Shown: piece by piece, positions 26,128-38,477 of the stretch
How positions within the stretch are numbered: the first letter of the stretch is position 1
How the letters are laid out: each line of letters opens with the position of its first letter
Source: Azolla caroliniana
Taxonomy: Eukaryota; Plantae; Polypodiophyta
DNA length: 64,000 nucleotides
Assembly: GCA_043228905.1 (NCBI GenBank)
Contig: JBHGNT010000016.1
Coordinates: forward strand, 14,694,001-14,758,000
Direction: 5' to 3'
Notes under the pieces: generated by a model
Seen by the model: the letters and a program-made list of their open reading frames with translations, nothing else
Told to the model about the DNA's origin: nothing
Database searches by the model: none
Position numbers and translations under genes: made by a program

Positions 26128-28257
26128 CTATTCCCAAGTCCATCTCGAATAAATCCACCACAACATGTTGGACAAGGAGTTGCCATCATCATGTCCCGAT
26201 AAAGCATTCACATTTCTCAAGGCTTCTTCCGGTGCATAGAGTGCTTGCAGAGCATAGACAAAACCTTTCCAACCGTCTCCTACACCAGGCCTACTAAGTG
26301 ATGATTGTACCCACTCAACAAGCTCCTTTGCAAATCCAATATCCTGAAAGAGAATTTCAGTAATGGGAAGGATGGGCAAAACTTGGATGCCAAGCCGTGT
26401 TTCCCTCCACTCCGATGGTGCAAACCAAAGGCCAGTGTCCCTTTTATTAGCCCATAAAACTCCAACCATGCGATGTCTGGACACAAAGTTTCCTTCATAG
26501 AGTGTGCTATCTGATGGTATATGCCAAAGAGCACGAGCAGCTCGAATCTCAAGGGCCGCGAGTGTAAGTCCTGCATTGACTAGGCTACTATCTCCAAAGG
26601 CTAGTCCTAGAAGGGCAGCCGAATAGTAAGCATTCACGGCTTCACTTGTACTCTCTTGGTTTCGTCCATCGACAAATTCAGTTAAACCACCTGCCCATGA
26701 ATGAAGCACCCAAAAGTCAAAATTCCGAAACCTTGGGAAAAGCGCTCGACTTCGAGAAACCATCGTATGATGGTGATGAGTATGTTGACCATGACCATGT
26801 AAATGTACATGGTGATTGTGATTGTGATGATGAAAAGTCATGTAATCCTCTACCATTGTATAAAGATGGGCCTTGTATGTCATTCCCCATTTAGGATCTA
26901 ATTTTGTCAACACTGCCCCAGCATAGCAGAAATATCCCAAATGGTAATGATGATCGTTGTATAATCCAAAACCAAAGTCTGCCGCACCGTTTCTTGAACC
27001 ATTCCGGCTTGTCAATCCACCCCATTTCTCATCATAAAGAAAAGCATTGGCATCAAACCTTCCATCCATCCATGGCGTAAGAGAATCTATAAGAAAATGT
27101 CTGATCATTTTCAAAAGATCGAGAGCCCCTACCTCCTCGGCTATTAAGGCCATTCTCGCAGCACGGGCTACAGCTTTTCCATAGAAGTAGCTACTGTCGG
27201 TAGTTATCTTTGTCAATTCATGAACCTCCTTCCTAAGGACTTCAGCAACTGTATTCTGGTGTACTTGATCAGATATGCCTTTGGATGAATACCATCCCAC
27301 AGATATAGGGATCTCATTCAACACCCAAGAATCACCCACAACCCCATGCATATCGCCATCCATACTCTTGTATGCAAGAGCTCGAAGTGTCTTGTCAGAA
27401 GATGGTGAAGACATAATATCTCTGTGCATGGGAAGGCTAAGCATCAACAGTCCCCCCCAACCAAGTTTCTTCCATTCATAAGTTAACTGAAACGAAGCAG
27501 ACATAGCCGCATGTCCCTCGATCGGATAGGCTGAACTGAATCGGTCCAAAATTGCTTCAGATTCAGTATTACTTGGGAGCAATGCCACTCTTATAACCCC
27601 TTTGAAAGCACGGGTCACATGAAGATTTTGTGACAATGCAAGCGGCTCGGAGCTATAAATAAGCCATGTTTGTCCATTGTTGAACACGAGCCTATGCTTC
27701 GTGCAATCCTCATTTGGCAGAAGCTGCAGCACCGCATGTATGGTGGAGAATTGAGGGATTGAGGAATCGCTGAAAACAAATGTAATATAGGGGCATCCTC
27801 TCACCAAGGGGACAGCCACACCACTTCGGAATTCGAGAGTAACACTGAGATCATCAAAGCGTGACACCACATGCTTACTATCACTGATGAGATTGGGGAC
27901 AGTAGCACCTATGAATCCAAGACCAGCAACGAGGCCATCAAAAAGGCGTGATATAACCGTGGGATCTTCATGCTTATTATCACGGCTTGCTCTGATCGTG
28001 AGGTCCGGGACAAACTCTTGATAAATGTAGTTAGGTTGGACGATCCGAGAGGGGTAAGAGATGGAAAGGGCACCACCATCTTTGGTGGGCTTGATGAGAT
28101 ATGGGTGGATGTACTCTGGAGCCGATCCTTGGTTTAATATAAAGTTTTGCCAGAAAGCGTTTGTGGGCAGCGGTTTTTTACGAAGAGCAGGTGCTAAAAG
28201 ATGATGAGAAGGTGCAGCAGGGCTATCTGTAGTTGGAAAAGGTTGGGGAATCAACAT
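26128..28257 (-). CDS. Glycoside hydrolase family 81 endo-1,3(4)-beta-glucanase / beta-glucan-binding protein, 709 aa, intronless
   Basis: PLPTNAFWQN N-terminal motif; DFGFGLYNDHHYHLGY; HSWAGGL; catalytic DGRNQESTSEAVNAYY; GNSLSNMLWWIYSR terminus; no internal stops. Confidence 0.95.
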   Translation of the reverse strand: MLIPQPFPTTDSPAAPSHHLLAPALRKKPLPTNAFWQNFILNQGSAPEYIHPYLIKPTKDGGALSISYPSRIVQPNYIYQEFVPDLTIRASRDNKHEDPTVISRLFDGLVAGLGFIGATVPNLISDSKHVVSRFDDLSVTLEFRSGVAVPLVRGCPYITFVFSDSSIPQFSTIHAVLQLLPNEDCTKHRLVFNNGQTWLIYSSEPLALSQNLHVTRAFKGVIRVALLPSNTESEAILDRFSSAYPIEGHAAMSASFQLTYEWKKLGWGGLLMLSLPMHRDIMSSPSSDKTLRALAYKSMDGDMHGVVGDSWVLNEIPISVGWYSSKGISDQVHQNTVAEVLRKEVHELTKITTDSSYFYGKAVARAARMALIAEEVGALDLLKMIRHFLIDSLTPWMDGRFDANAFLYDEKWGGLTSRNGSRNGAADFGFGLYNDHHYHLGYFCYAGAVLTKLDPKWGMTYKAHLYTMVEDYMTFHHHNHNHHVHLHGHGQHTHHHHTMVSRSRALFPRFRNFDFWVLHSWAGGLTEFVDGRNQESTSEAVNAYYSAALLGLAFGDSSLVNAGLTLAALEIRAARALWHIPSDSTLYEGNFVSRHRMVGVLWANKRDTGLWFAPSEWRETRLGIQVLPILPITEILFQDIGFAKELVEWVQSSLSRPGVGDGWKGFVYALQALYAPEEALRNVNALSGHDDGNSLSNMLWWIYSRWTWE

Positions 28258-28269
28258 ATTGTTTAACCA

Positions 28270-28270
28270 T

Positions 28271-28305
<35 letters not shown>

Positions 28306-28472
28306 TTAATACTCATGCACACTACTACTACTACTACTACTACTATTAATACTCATGCACACTAGTTGTGCATGAGTAACATCTTCTAACTATAGTATTC
28401 ATGCACACGAGTTGTGCATGAGTAACGTTTTTTATTAAACTATAATATTCATGCACACTAGTTGTGCATGGG
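28270..28472. repeat. (CTA)n microsatellites and tandem RY palindromes CATGCACACTAGTTGTGCATG
   Basis: Three full palindromes and one partial one interleaved with ACT repeats immediately upstream of the GH81 ATG. Confidence 0.85.
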
Positions 28473-28545
28473 TAGCTTTTTCCAGAATTTATACATGAGG
28501 GTAAGATCTTGTATATAGTAAATCCATGATAATTAAATTATTTAT

Positions 28546-28618
28546 GGTGAGTTAGTACAATGGTAAGGGGTTGGGCTTGATAACATGGAGGTACAAGGTT
28601 CAAGTCTTACCCTATGCT
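28546..28618 (+). promoter_or_regulatory. tRNA-like A/B-box module, antisense to the LTR and to GH81
   Basis: Canonical A box TAGTACAATGGT; GGAGGTACAAGGTTCAAGTC; GG at 28562, T at 28599 (37 nt). Confidence 0.7.
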
Positions 28619-28747
28619 TGTGACAAATGTTTTAACATTTTCTTCTATTTTCTTCATATTTATTTAATCAGGTACTCCGTACGCATTTCACATAGTGGAC
28701 GAAGCACATTACGACACTCACCCCCTCTGAACTTGAACATCCTTTAG

Positions 28748-31700
28748 TGTAAAGAATCGGATAGATTCTGTGTAGTGGAAGAATTTTGTGTGTGTGTGTG
28801 TGTAGCGAGAGAGAGCTCACTATTATAGAAAAATCAGAAAATTGTATTACAAAGGAAGCAAGAATTACCAATAATTACAAAGTGAGGGAGAAGGTGCTTA
28901 TGTAGTCACCTCCTCTCTAAGTTCTCTCACTAGTACCGCCTCTTGGAAAAGAGGTTGTGTCTTTAATTACTTAAAGAATATGTGTCATAGGAAATTAACT
29001 TCTATTACACACTAGTTACTATACAAGGAGGTGGGGTATTCACACACTTGAGTGTCCTAGAGTATGTCCCCACTCATGGGAATTTGAGTTTGATTCTCAA
29101 CACGCCCCTTCAAATACAACTTTCGATCGCCGGATCGTCGAATGGGTAGTTTGAATGGATGGTATACTCCTAGTGCTCCATACTCCCCCTCAAGCTCGGT
29201 TGGATGATGGTCGAAAGACCCAAATCGATTGTGAATTGCCGCAACTTGTTGAATCCCAGGGCCTTGGTGAAGATGTCAGCCGTCTGCAAGTTTGTGCCAA
29301 TGTGTTGCAGGTCGACATCCCGGGCCAGAACACACTCTCGGATGAAGTGATAGTGCACCTCAATGTGCTTAGTCCGAGCATGGAAGACTGGGTTCCGAGC
29401 GAGGTGGATACTGCTCATGTTGTCGCAGTAGAGAAGAATTGGATCCTTGATAGGAACGCCAAGATCCTTCAAGATTCCCTTGAGCCAAACGACTTCACAT
29501 GCGGCTACGGTCGCGCCCCTGTATTCAGCTTCGGTGCTCGACAGTGCGACTGTTGGCTGTTTCTTACTACTCCACGATATGGTGCCATTGCCGAGAGAAA
29601 AAACAAATCCAGATGTCGATCGTCGGTCGGCTCTATAGCCAACCCAATCAGCATCGGTATAACCTTCGTGTCGTATCGGTGTGGCCGATTTGTAAAGGAT
29701 GCCAAAATCCATGGTTCCACTCACATACCTTAGCACTCGCTTAGCACAGTCGAGATGAATGTCTCGTGGAGTTTGCATGAACTGGCTAAGGAGGCCGACT
29801 AGGTAACTGAGGTCAAGTTGGGTAAATGTGAGGTAGATGAGGCTTCCAATTAGTTGACGATAGTGCGTTGGCTCACACTCTCTAGTGCATGAGTCGGCAT
29901 CTAGCTTTAGATTTCGATCGAGAGGAGTAGTGACGGGCTTACACTGGGTCATCCCAAACTTGTAAAGAAGATTGAGGATATAGTGGTTTTGAGAAAGCAT
30001 GATGCCATCTAGGGTCTGAATTAGATCTACTCCTACAAAGTAATGGAGCTCTTTCATATCGATCATTTCAAATCGACTGGAGAGGAGCTTCTTGATGTGC
30101 TCAATATCTACTAAATGCTCTCCTCCTATGACCAAGACATCCACAAAAATGATGATAAATACCTATCCCCTGCAATCGTTTCGGATGAACAAAGAGTTGT
30201 CAAACTTGGACATGTTGAAGTCAATTTGATAAAGATATTGCGTTATCTTCGAATGACATGCTCTCGGTGCCTGCTTCAAGCCGTAGAGAGGCCTTTTGAG
30301 TCGGTAGACAACAGTCAGATGTGTAGTCGACATGAATCTAGGTGGTTGCACCATGTACACCTCTTCAACTAACTCGCCTTGTAGAAAGACGTTCTTTACG
30401 TCCATTTGGTGGAGGTGCAACCCTTTTGTTGCTGCAAGCGCGATCACTATTCAAATTGTAGTCATCTTTGCCACCGGGGCAAAGGTCTCTTCGTAATCAA
30501 CATCCTGCGTCTGCGCATACCCCTTTGCCACAAGCCGGGCTTTGTACCAATGGACAGTGTCATGGGCGTTGTGCTTTACCTTGAAGATCCACCGACATCC
30601 AATTTCCTTTTGGTGGTTTGAAGAAGGGATGAGACCCCATGTCTCGTTCTTGGAGAGGGTTTGCATCTCCTCATGCATCGCTTTGACCCATCTAGGGTCC
30701 TTCATGGCTTCAGAATAGTTTTCCGGTTCTCGGACTCTCGACACCTTCATCATGAATGCATAATGATATGCCATGCAGTTGTTGTAGCCGAATCGGTTGA
30801 CTACGTTCTTTTCTCGGGTGGATTGACGTGGTTCTTCTGGTGACCTTATGATGGGCACATCCAATCTACCAAACTCATTGTCGGATAAGTGAGTCGATTC
30901 ATTTCCAACTGGGTCTTCATACTCATGCATTTTGGCCTTTCCTTTGTCCTGTTTCGAACTCGGCCGACATGCTTTGGTCACCTTGAGACTCTTGTGGTCC
31001 ACTCAACTTGGTTGAGATTGGACTTTCCTCTGATGTGAACCTCGGTCGAGCATCCTCCTCCGCATCTGTGTTGAACTCGGTTTCGATTGTGTTGGATGGG
31101 GTTGATTCGATTGTATACCAGGATGTTGACTCGTCGAATACTACATCCCTACTCACTCGTACCTTCTTGGTGGAAGGGTTGAAGCATTTATACCCTTTTT
31201 GCTTGAGTGAGTACCCTATGAGTATACATTTCTCTGACTTCAGATCGAGCTTTTGCCGTAGGTCGTCAGGAATATGTACATATGCAATTGAACCGAATAT
31301 CTTGACATGAGATAGATCCGGTTTTTTCCCATAGAACTTTTCACAGGGGGTAACTTCGTGCACTCCTGATGTTGTGCAACAATTCCTCATATAAACGGCC
31401 ATATTCGCCGCTTTGGCCCAATATGACTTTGGCAGATGTTTCTTATTCATCATTGCCCTTGCCAACTCAAGTATGTGCCGATTCTTGCGTTTGGCTACTC
31501 CGTTCTGCTGAGGTGTGTGTCGGTAGGTTATCTCCCGCCGAATTCCTTCTTGTCGAAGGTATGTTGTAAAGGTGTCGGAGAAGGACTCCTTGCCGCCATC
31601 CGATCGAAGACATCGGTCATGCCGACCAGTTGCCTTTTCAACTTCATTTTTGAACCTTTGGAAATGTCCGAACACTTCACTCTTCTGCTGCATAGGGTAG

Positions 31701-33566
31701 ATCGAGGTATGTCTTGAGAAGTCGTCGATGAACGTTACGTAGTACCGGCAACCACTGAATGTTGCCATCTAGGCTGGTCCCCATATGTCTGAATGTATTA
31801 CATCTAGGATCCCTTTGCTTGTGTTCCTCTCCTTTGGGAACGATTGTCGGTGTTGTTTGCTGAATTGAGAAGCTTCACATACGCTTGCAATTTCCTTTTC
31901 GGTGAAAGTCGGGAATCCGGTGACAACTCCTTTCGATTACATTCCCTTAAGCTTTTGGAGATTGATGTGGCCTATCCTCTTGTGCCACAACTCTATGTTG
32001 GCATCGGCTCTCTAGCCCTTGGCAGACATTGCCGAGTTCATCCCGTGAGAGTCGAGGATGAACATCAGACCTTCTCTCCGGCCGCGAGTGATAAATCGAC
32101 CTTCTTTTTCAATGAAGCAACCTACATTGTTGAAGCAAACTTGCATGCCTTGGTCGACTATCTAGCTAGCTGAGACCAAGTTCTTTGTTATTGTAGGAAC
32201 ATGTAGAACGTTCTTGATGTATGTTTGATTGCCTTCTTCCCCAAATGGGACATTGTTGATATGCTGAATGGGGTGAATTGTGTCATTTCCAGTTTCCACA
32301 TAGCCAAGTCGTTTGGTCTTTCGTAGCTCCTTGAACCAATCCTCGTGGGATTTCATGTGGTTCGATGCGCCTAAGTCGACAAACCGTACATCTTCTGGTT
32401 TGCAGGTGTTGGTCAACTTTGAGGCTGTCATCAAGTGTGCTCTGTGCCTCATCACAAACATTTCACCACAATTGTCGTAGTCAGAGTTGGAGGCGTAGTT
32501 TGTGAGTTGTCGGCTTGTGGAGGCTGACTCACTCTTCTTTTTCCGACACTCTGTCTCATAGTGGCCGAATTTACCACAGTATCCACACTAAGAGAGATTG
32601 TTTTGTCAGTTGGGTCCGACCTGATTACTCCCCCTTCTTCCGGATGCTCCACCTCGTGCGTTCGAGACGTATTGTCGGTAATAGAAGTTGTGTTCTCGGG
32701 GTTGCTCTTGGTTGTGTTGGCCTTGGCCAAATCGGCCTCTTCTTCCTCAACCTTGTCCTCTTCCTCCATCGAAGTTCGAATAGATTATTTGTCCTTCTTG
32801 GACATTGTTTTTTGTTCGAAAATGATTCTCCTCAAGCCACAACATCGATTGGAGACCAAAGAAGGAGGGAGGATTCTCCCTCGCGAGGACAGCCGACCGG
32901 ATGGCCTTGAACCGAGGCTCTAAGCCTCCGAGGCAAATCTGCACCATTTCATCATCGTCAATGCTACATTGATCGACCCAAGGGCATTGCACAACTCCTT
33001 GATCTTCAAGGTGTAGTTGTCGATTGACATGTCCCTCTATTGTATACCGTTCAACTCTTGACAAAGTTGAAGCTTTCTTGCGGTCGTGTTGGCCGCGAAA
33101 ATCTTCTTGAGGTTCCCCCACGCCTCCTTCGGCGTTTTGGCCTCTCGAAGGTGGTCGAGCATGTGATCATGGACGCATGATGCAAGGCAGTACAACACAT
33201 GAATCGACACTTGCTCCCAAGCTGGGTAGTCGGCATGTGTTGGGTTGGGTTGATTCTCGTTTGCCCCTTCGACATAACTCCAATAGCCTTGGCTGACAAG
33301 GTATTGGTGCATCTTGTACTCCCAAGATGCAAAGTAACTGTTTATGTCGAGCTTTTCGGTAGGAAAAGCGCTTCCCATTTGTTGTTCATGTTGAGCTTCT
33401 TCTTCTTCTTCTTCTTCTTGATGCGAATTGTACAGATGCCTGCTACAATGATCAGTCAATTCTTGTCAAACACAGAATCGGGCACAACACACGCAGAGAC
33501 GATGGGCTTTGATCAACCAACCACACGCTCTGATACCATGTAAACAATCGAATAGATTTTGTGCAG

Positions 33567-33615
<49 letters not shown>

Positions 33616-33889
33616 CTCACTATTACAGAAAAAAAAGAGAACCGTATTACAAAGGAAGCAAGAAGTACCAACAGTTACAAAGAGAGGGAGAAGGTGCTTA
33701 TGTAGTCACCTTCTCTTACTAAAACCGCTTCTTGGGAAAGAGGTCGTGTCTTAATTACTTAAAGAATATGTGTCATAGGACATTAACTTCTATGACACAC
33801 TAGTTACTATACAAGGAGGTGGGTGTTCACACACTTGAGTGTCCTAGAGTGTGTTCCCACTCATGAGAAGTTGAGTTTGATTCTCAACA
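28748..33889 (-). mobile_element. Full-length degenerate Ty1/copia element
   Basis: LTRs 33539-33889 and 28748-29102; perfect TSD TTTAG; PBS TGGTATCAGAGC 33527-33538; order gag-PR-IN (FIDDFSR, RSDGG)-RT (KARLVAKG, QMDVK, LYGLKQ)-RH (YTDADW, ADIFTKAL); frameshifted. Confidence 0.92.
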
Positions 33890-35832
33890 TTTAGTATGTG
33901 TTGAAGTTGTCGATGCTTGTTTTTCTCTTTCATCTATGGTACCCTCCATTTCTCCTACTATGTTAATTGTTAATTCCAACCCACTTTCTTCACTTGCCAT
34001 ATCTTTGTGATCCATGTTTGCTTGTTCCTCTATGTCAGTGTTGTCTAAAATTATGTAGGGCTCCCTTTCACTTCGCTTCTTGAAAGTCTTCACCCGTTTC
34101 CCTACTATAGGAATTCGTTGTACTGTTCCATCCAGCTCACATAATCGGTAAGTTCCATTGTTGAATACCTTTTGAACTTTGTATGGTCGAAACCACCTTT
34201 AAGCGAATTTCCATATCGAACAGTGTTGATGATCCAAATTGTTGTCGTAGTCTATCACCCAATTTTCTTCTTCGATCTTCCGTGGTCGTAGGCAGTGCTT
34301 TTTTCCGAATCGATGGTTGCTCGGGAATCGCACTTCCTGTTGTCATCGTACTGCATCCGTAACGTCCTCTAGTCTTCCTTCTAGTTGTCGTATCTGAACC
34401 GCTAGCAATTCTTCTCGACTCATCTCTTCCTTCCATGGTAGCACCGTCCATGTCTCAATTGTGGTTTCCGTAGGCATTACCAGTGCTTCCCCGGTCATAA
34501 GTTCTCCTGGCATGTAACTACTGGTCACAGAACTATGCATTGTGCGATCCACCCATAGTGCATACGGAAGCATTTGCGGCCAGATCTTCATCCTTCTGTC
34601 GCATGCTTTTGCCAGTGCTTTTTCAATTGGACTATGTCCTCACTCAATGTTCCCGTTGACTATGTCGTGGTTAGTGTCAACCATACTCCATGTTTAGCGA
34701 AGAAAGCCCTAGCTTTATCGGACTCAAGTTATCCTCGATCCACAATTACTTGTCCTACACACATGTACCTATAGAACACTTCTTCTGAGAGAAATTGGCA
34801 TACTGTAGAACATGTTTTCCTCCGTAGTGCCCAACCTTCTACTTGGTTCGCTAGATCCTCCCGAGCTAGCACCAAGTACTTCTTTTGTCCGATCCCGGGG
34901 AGCATGGCCATGATGTCGACCATCCATTTGAAGTTGATTGTCGGTTAGAATGTCGGATGTAGTTCATCCTGGTGTTGAACTCCGGAGTAGATTTGACATT
35001 TCCCCCAGATTTCTATGTACTTTGCTACGTCCTTGTACATATTTTTCCACTAATATTTTTGCTTGATCTTTGCAAATATCGCTTACATTCTCTGATGTCC
35101 AGCCCAATAGGATTCATGAAATTCAAATATTATCTGTTTATGTTGTTCCTTTGTGCCAACTACCCGTAGTGGTATACCATTTTATCTTTGTGGCTCCCTC
35201 CAAATTAATCCATTGTTGAGGAAGAACTTTTGGACTTGTCGTTTCTTTTTCCAGATCTTGGCTCTCTTTTCTTTATTATCCGATGATTTCTCAATCTCTT
35301 GTAGCGTTCTTCTGATCAACACGCTTTCTCCTTCGTATTCGGTCGCATCATCCATGCACCATCACTTCTCATCTAAATACTCCTCATGTAGTTGACATAA
35401 GGCGTATATGCTATTGTAATCTACGGGGCACTCCCATCCCGTAACTTCCCAGATGTCATCTGTTGTGCTCCAGATTTTGTCAGAGTCGATTTTCATTAAG
35501 ATTTCTAGCACTTCTAGTAAGAAAGATTCCTTCGCTCTAGACGTCTCACCTAGATGTATTCCTACGGTTGTTGCATAATTGCATTTTGCCATTATCTCCT
35601 CCTCCAACAAGAGCAGGAACAAAGGAACAGAAGTGGTGCTGACAATAGTTTCGGACCCTCCACAAGCAGGGGGAGTTAAGGCAGCGACGGATCGTTAGTA
35701 TTGTGGCCAAAAGGGGCATAGAGAGAGAGAGTGTTGGAGAAAGCAGGTTGATTAAAAAAAGAACAGATCGTGCCAAGATGATGTAGCTAGGCGTCACAGA
35801 TTGCACTTTGGTAAGGAAAGGCTGTGACAGAT

Positions 35833-37109
35833 TGTTGTGCGAGCAAGCTCAACATGATCTGGATCGACTGAATAAGCCAAGAGCTGGATTGGTGTTCGGA
35901 ATGAAGAGCTGGATTAGTGTCCAGATCTGAGTGCAACTGGTAGGCCATTAGAGGCCTACAATCCTAGCCTAGTACGTAGGCATATTTTCAGTAGTCACTG
36001 TCAGTCGCTCATTCGAGCATTGAAGTACTCGTCAGTACTTCTGTCAATCCTTTTAAGGACTTGTATAAGAGTGCTCTTTGAGCACGTTGTATGTACAAAG
36101 TATTGAGTTTCTTTTGAATTAAGGTTTTGTTGTTTGCTCTCTCTGTCTCTCTCTCACCAACTCTTCATATTCCATTCCATGTGTTTTTTGTTGCTATCCA
36201 GTCGAGCCGGTTTAGGTTTGTTTAGTTTTTGCATATTCATCTTTACATGGTAATGGAGTGCGAGGGTTAGAACATCCTCTACCGCCAACAAGAGCCTTCA
36301 ACACAAACAAAAACCTAACACCCAATAAGAACAGACAAGAAGAGAAATGGACAAAGGTATGGGAAGCTCGACAAAAACAACTATGCATCTTGGACATACA
36401 AGTTGCACTAGTACTTGTTGGGACATGGATATTGGAGTTATGTCGAACGAGTAAATGATGCAGCACCGGATTCGACACAGGGATTTCCAGCGTGGCAACA
36501 ATCGACAAGTTGAGTTCTCTACTGCTTTGCATCCAGTGTCAGTGATCAGCTATTGAGCTACATCAAGGATGCCAAGATACCAAAGAAGATTTTCGCCACG
36601 AGCACCACAACCAAAAAGTATCAGCTCAGGCAAGAGCTAAGCAACGTCCAACAATGAGGCATGTCAGTGGCATATTATACCACTCGGATCAAAGACATCT
36701 ACGACTCTCTCGCCTCCATCAATGTAACCGTTGAGGAGGAAGAAATGGTGCAGGTATATCTTAGAGGATTGGTGTAGAAGTTCAGATCATTCCGGACGAC
36801 GGTTTGCACGAGGGAGAATATTCCGTCACTCTTCGAGTTGCAATTGATGCTTCTTATTGAAGAGAACCACGCAAGTGCGACGACGAGTATGCACACGGAC
36901 AACAAGATGTTGTACATAGAGGAAGATAGACCCCATGGTTGGACGAGGTGGGTTGACACGCAATGGAGGTGGATGACAGGAGCAAAACCGAAGGCATAAT
37001 TGAAATGCCGACAACAATTCTAGACCCTCTAGAAACAAGGGGGAGTCAAGCGGTGCTGGAAACCGGCAACCCAAGCTTGACACGGAATGTTGGTATTGTG
37101 GCAAGAAAG
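35833..37109 (+). mobile_element. Ty1/copia 5' fragment A (LTR 35833-36247, degenerate PBS, decayed gag)
   Basis: TGTTG...TTTACA then TGGTAATGGAG; gag similar to 23657-24031; interrupted at the zinc knuckle (CWYCGKK). Confidence 0.65.
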
Positions 37110-38477
37110 TGTTGTAAGCGCAACGATTCAGACAAATCCGGATCTGGCAAGGACGAACACGGAAATCGGTAGCAGTTGCACTACGTTGAAGGAATCGAAA
37201 GGATCCAGAACCGGAAAGACCAAAAAAAGGGTCAACCTTTGTGTTCAGTGGACAAGCTCAATGGGATCTGGATCAGTTGAGTAAGCAAGGGCCGGATCGG
37301 TATCCGGAGCGGAGAACTAGATAGGTACCCAGATAGATCGGTATCTGGAACCTTGAGTCGGACTATACTCCGGGATAGTGAGAACCGGTAGGCCATTGGA
37401 GCCTATGGTCCTAGCCTAGTACATAGGCATATGTCTTGGAGTCAGTGTCAGTCACTCGTATGAGCATTGAAGTACATGTCAGTACTTATGTCAGTCCTTT
37501 AAGGACTTGTATAAAAGTGTTCAAAGAGCACCTTGTATGTATAGAGTTGTTGGGAAACATGTCCCTCCGGATGGGAAGAGAAGTACCGTGTTGGCGAGTA
37601 TGTCAATCGAGGCCAAAACTGAAATCGAAATCGTAATCGAAAACCAAAATCGTTTCAGAAGACTATAATTGTATATAGTCTAAAATACCCTTGTGGGCTA
37701 TACTTGTAAATAGCCAGTAAGCTGCTTTTGTTTATAAGCAACTAGGGCAAACTTTATAGAAAAGAGTGTAGTTGATCATTATTGTAAAGTTGGGACGAGG
37801 TAGTTGTCTTTGTAATCGTGAGAGAGAGAGAGAGTGAGAGTGTAACTCTGTAGTCGTTTGTTAGATGAAGCAGAACTTGAGGTCGTTGCCTCCGAGATCC
37901 GTATTTGTACTTCCTCTCTACTATAGTGATTTGTTTTTCTCGGCGTTGGTGGACCCCCGTGGTTTTTCCCATTTCGGGTTTTCCATGTAAAACATCGATG
38001 TCTTTGTGTCTTCATGTTTTTCTATCTGCGTACTAGTTCTAGATTTCTGCACACGAATACGAACGTGAAACTAGTTGGGGTCGGTCGATTCCTACAAAAC
38101 TGTTATTATTTTGAATTGAGTTCATGCTATTCTGCTCTCTTTGTCTCTCCCGTGTACCGTGTATTCTTAAGTTTCCATTAAACCTTCATTTTTGTTTTAT
38201 TGTTGTTATCTGGCCGAGCCGGTTTATCTGCTTCTGCATATTAACTTTTACATGGTATCATAGCGTGAGGGTTGAGAACCTCTGCTGCCGAAAATTGCTC
38301 GAAACGGACAAACCCTAATCACCGGTAAGGAACAAAAGGAAGATATGGACTAAAGCAGGGTGAGGTCGCTTCCCATAGAAAACCTCGACCGGAGCAACTA
38401 TGTGTCCTGCTCGTATAAAATGCACTAGTACCTGCTGGGGCATGAATATTGGAGCTATGTGGAAGGAGCAAATGTAG
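37110..38477 (+). mobile_element. Ty1/copia 5' fragment B (LTR 37110-38252, PBS 38253-38264, gag start), nested in A
   Basis: LTR shares the GGTAGGCCATT...AAGGACTTGTATAA block with A; PBS TGGTATCATAGC. Confidence 0.7.
37548..38096 (+). mobile_element. Probable solo LTR inside the LTR of B
   Basis: TGTTGGG...CCTACA; shares GAGGTCGTTGCCTC and CCCGTGGTTTT with LTR 38478-38984; TSD poor (AGAGT/AAACT). Confidence 0.55.

Larger units (their letters stand above)
28258..35620 (-). mobile_element. Degenerate Phygy-like Ty3 remnant: RH/IN fragments 33890-35620, PPT and truncated 3' LTR 28258-28716; split by copia 28748-33889
   Basis: Integrase peptides YLVLAREDLANQVEGWAL and LPYALWVDRT similar to 5349-5948; GAGGGGGTGAG PPT followed by TGTCGTAATG on minus at 28716. 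Confidence 0.7.

Noticed and set aside
26128-28257. GH81 as a retrocopy or horizontal transfer because it lacks introns
   Set aside because: Plant GH81 genes are commonly intron-poor, the motifs are plant-like, and no poly(A) tail or TSD is visible
33569-33613. (GA)n, (GT)n and (GAA)n microsatellites
   Set aside because: Ordinary LTR-embedded simple repeats that vary between paired LTRs
35621-35832. Short unassigned segment with a PPT-like AGGGGGAG
   Set aside because: No LTR or coding homology I can support
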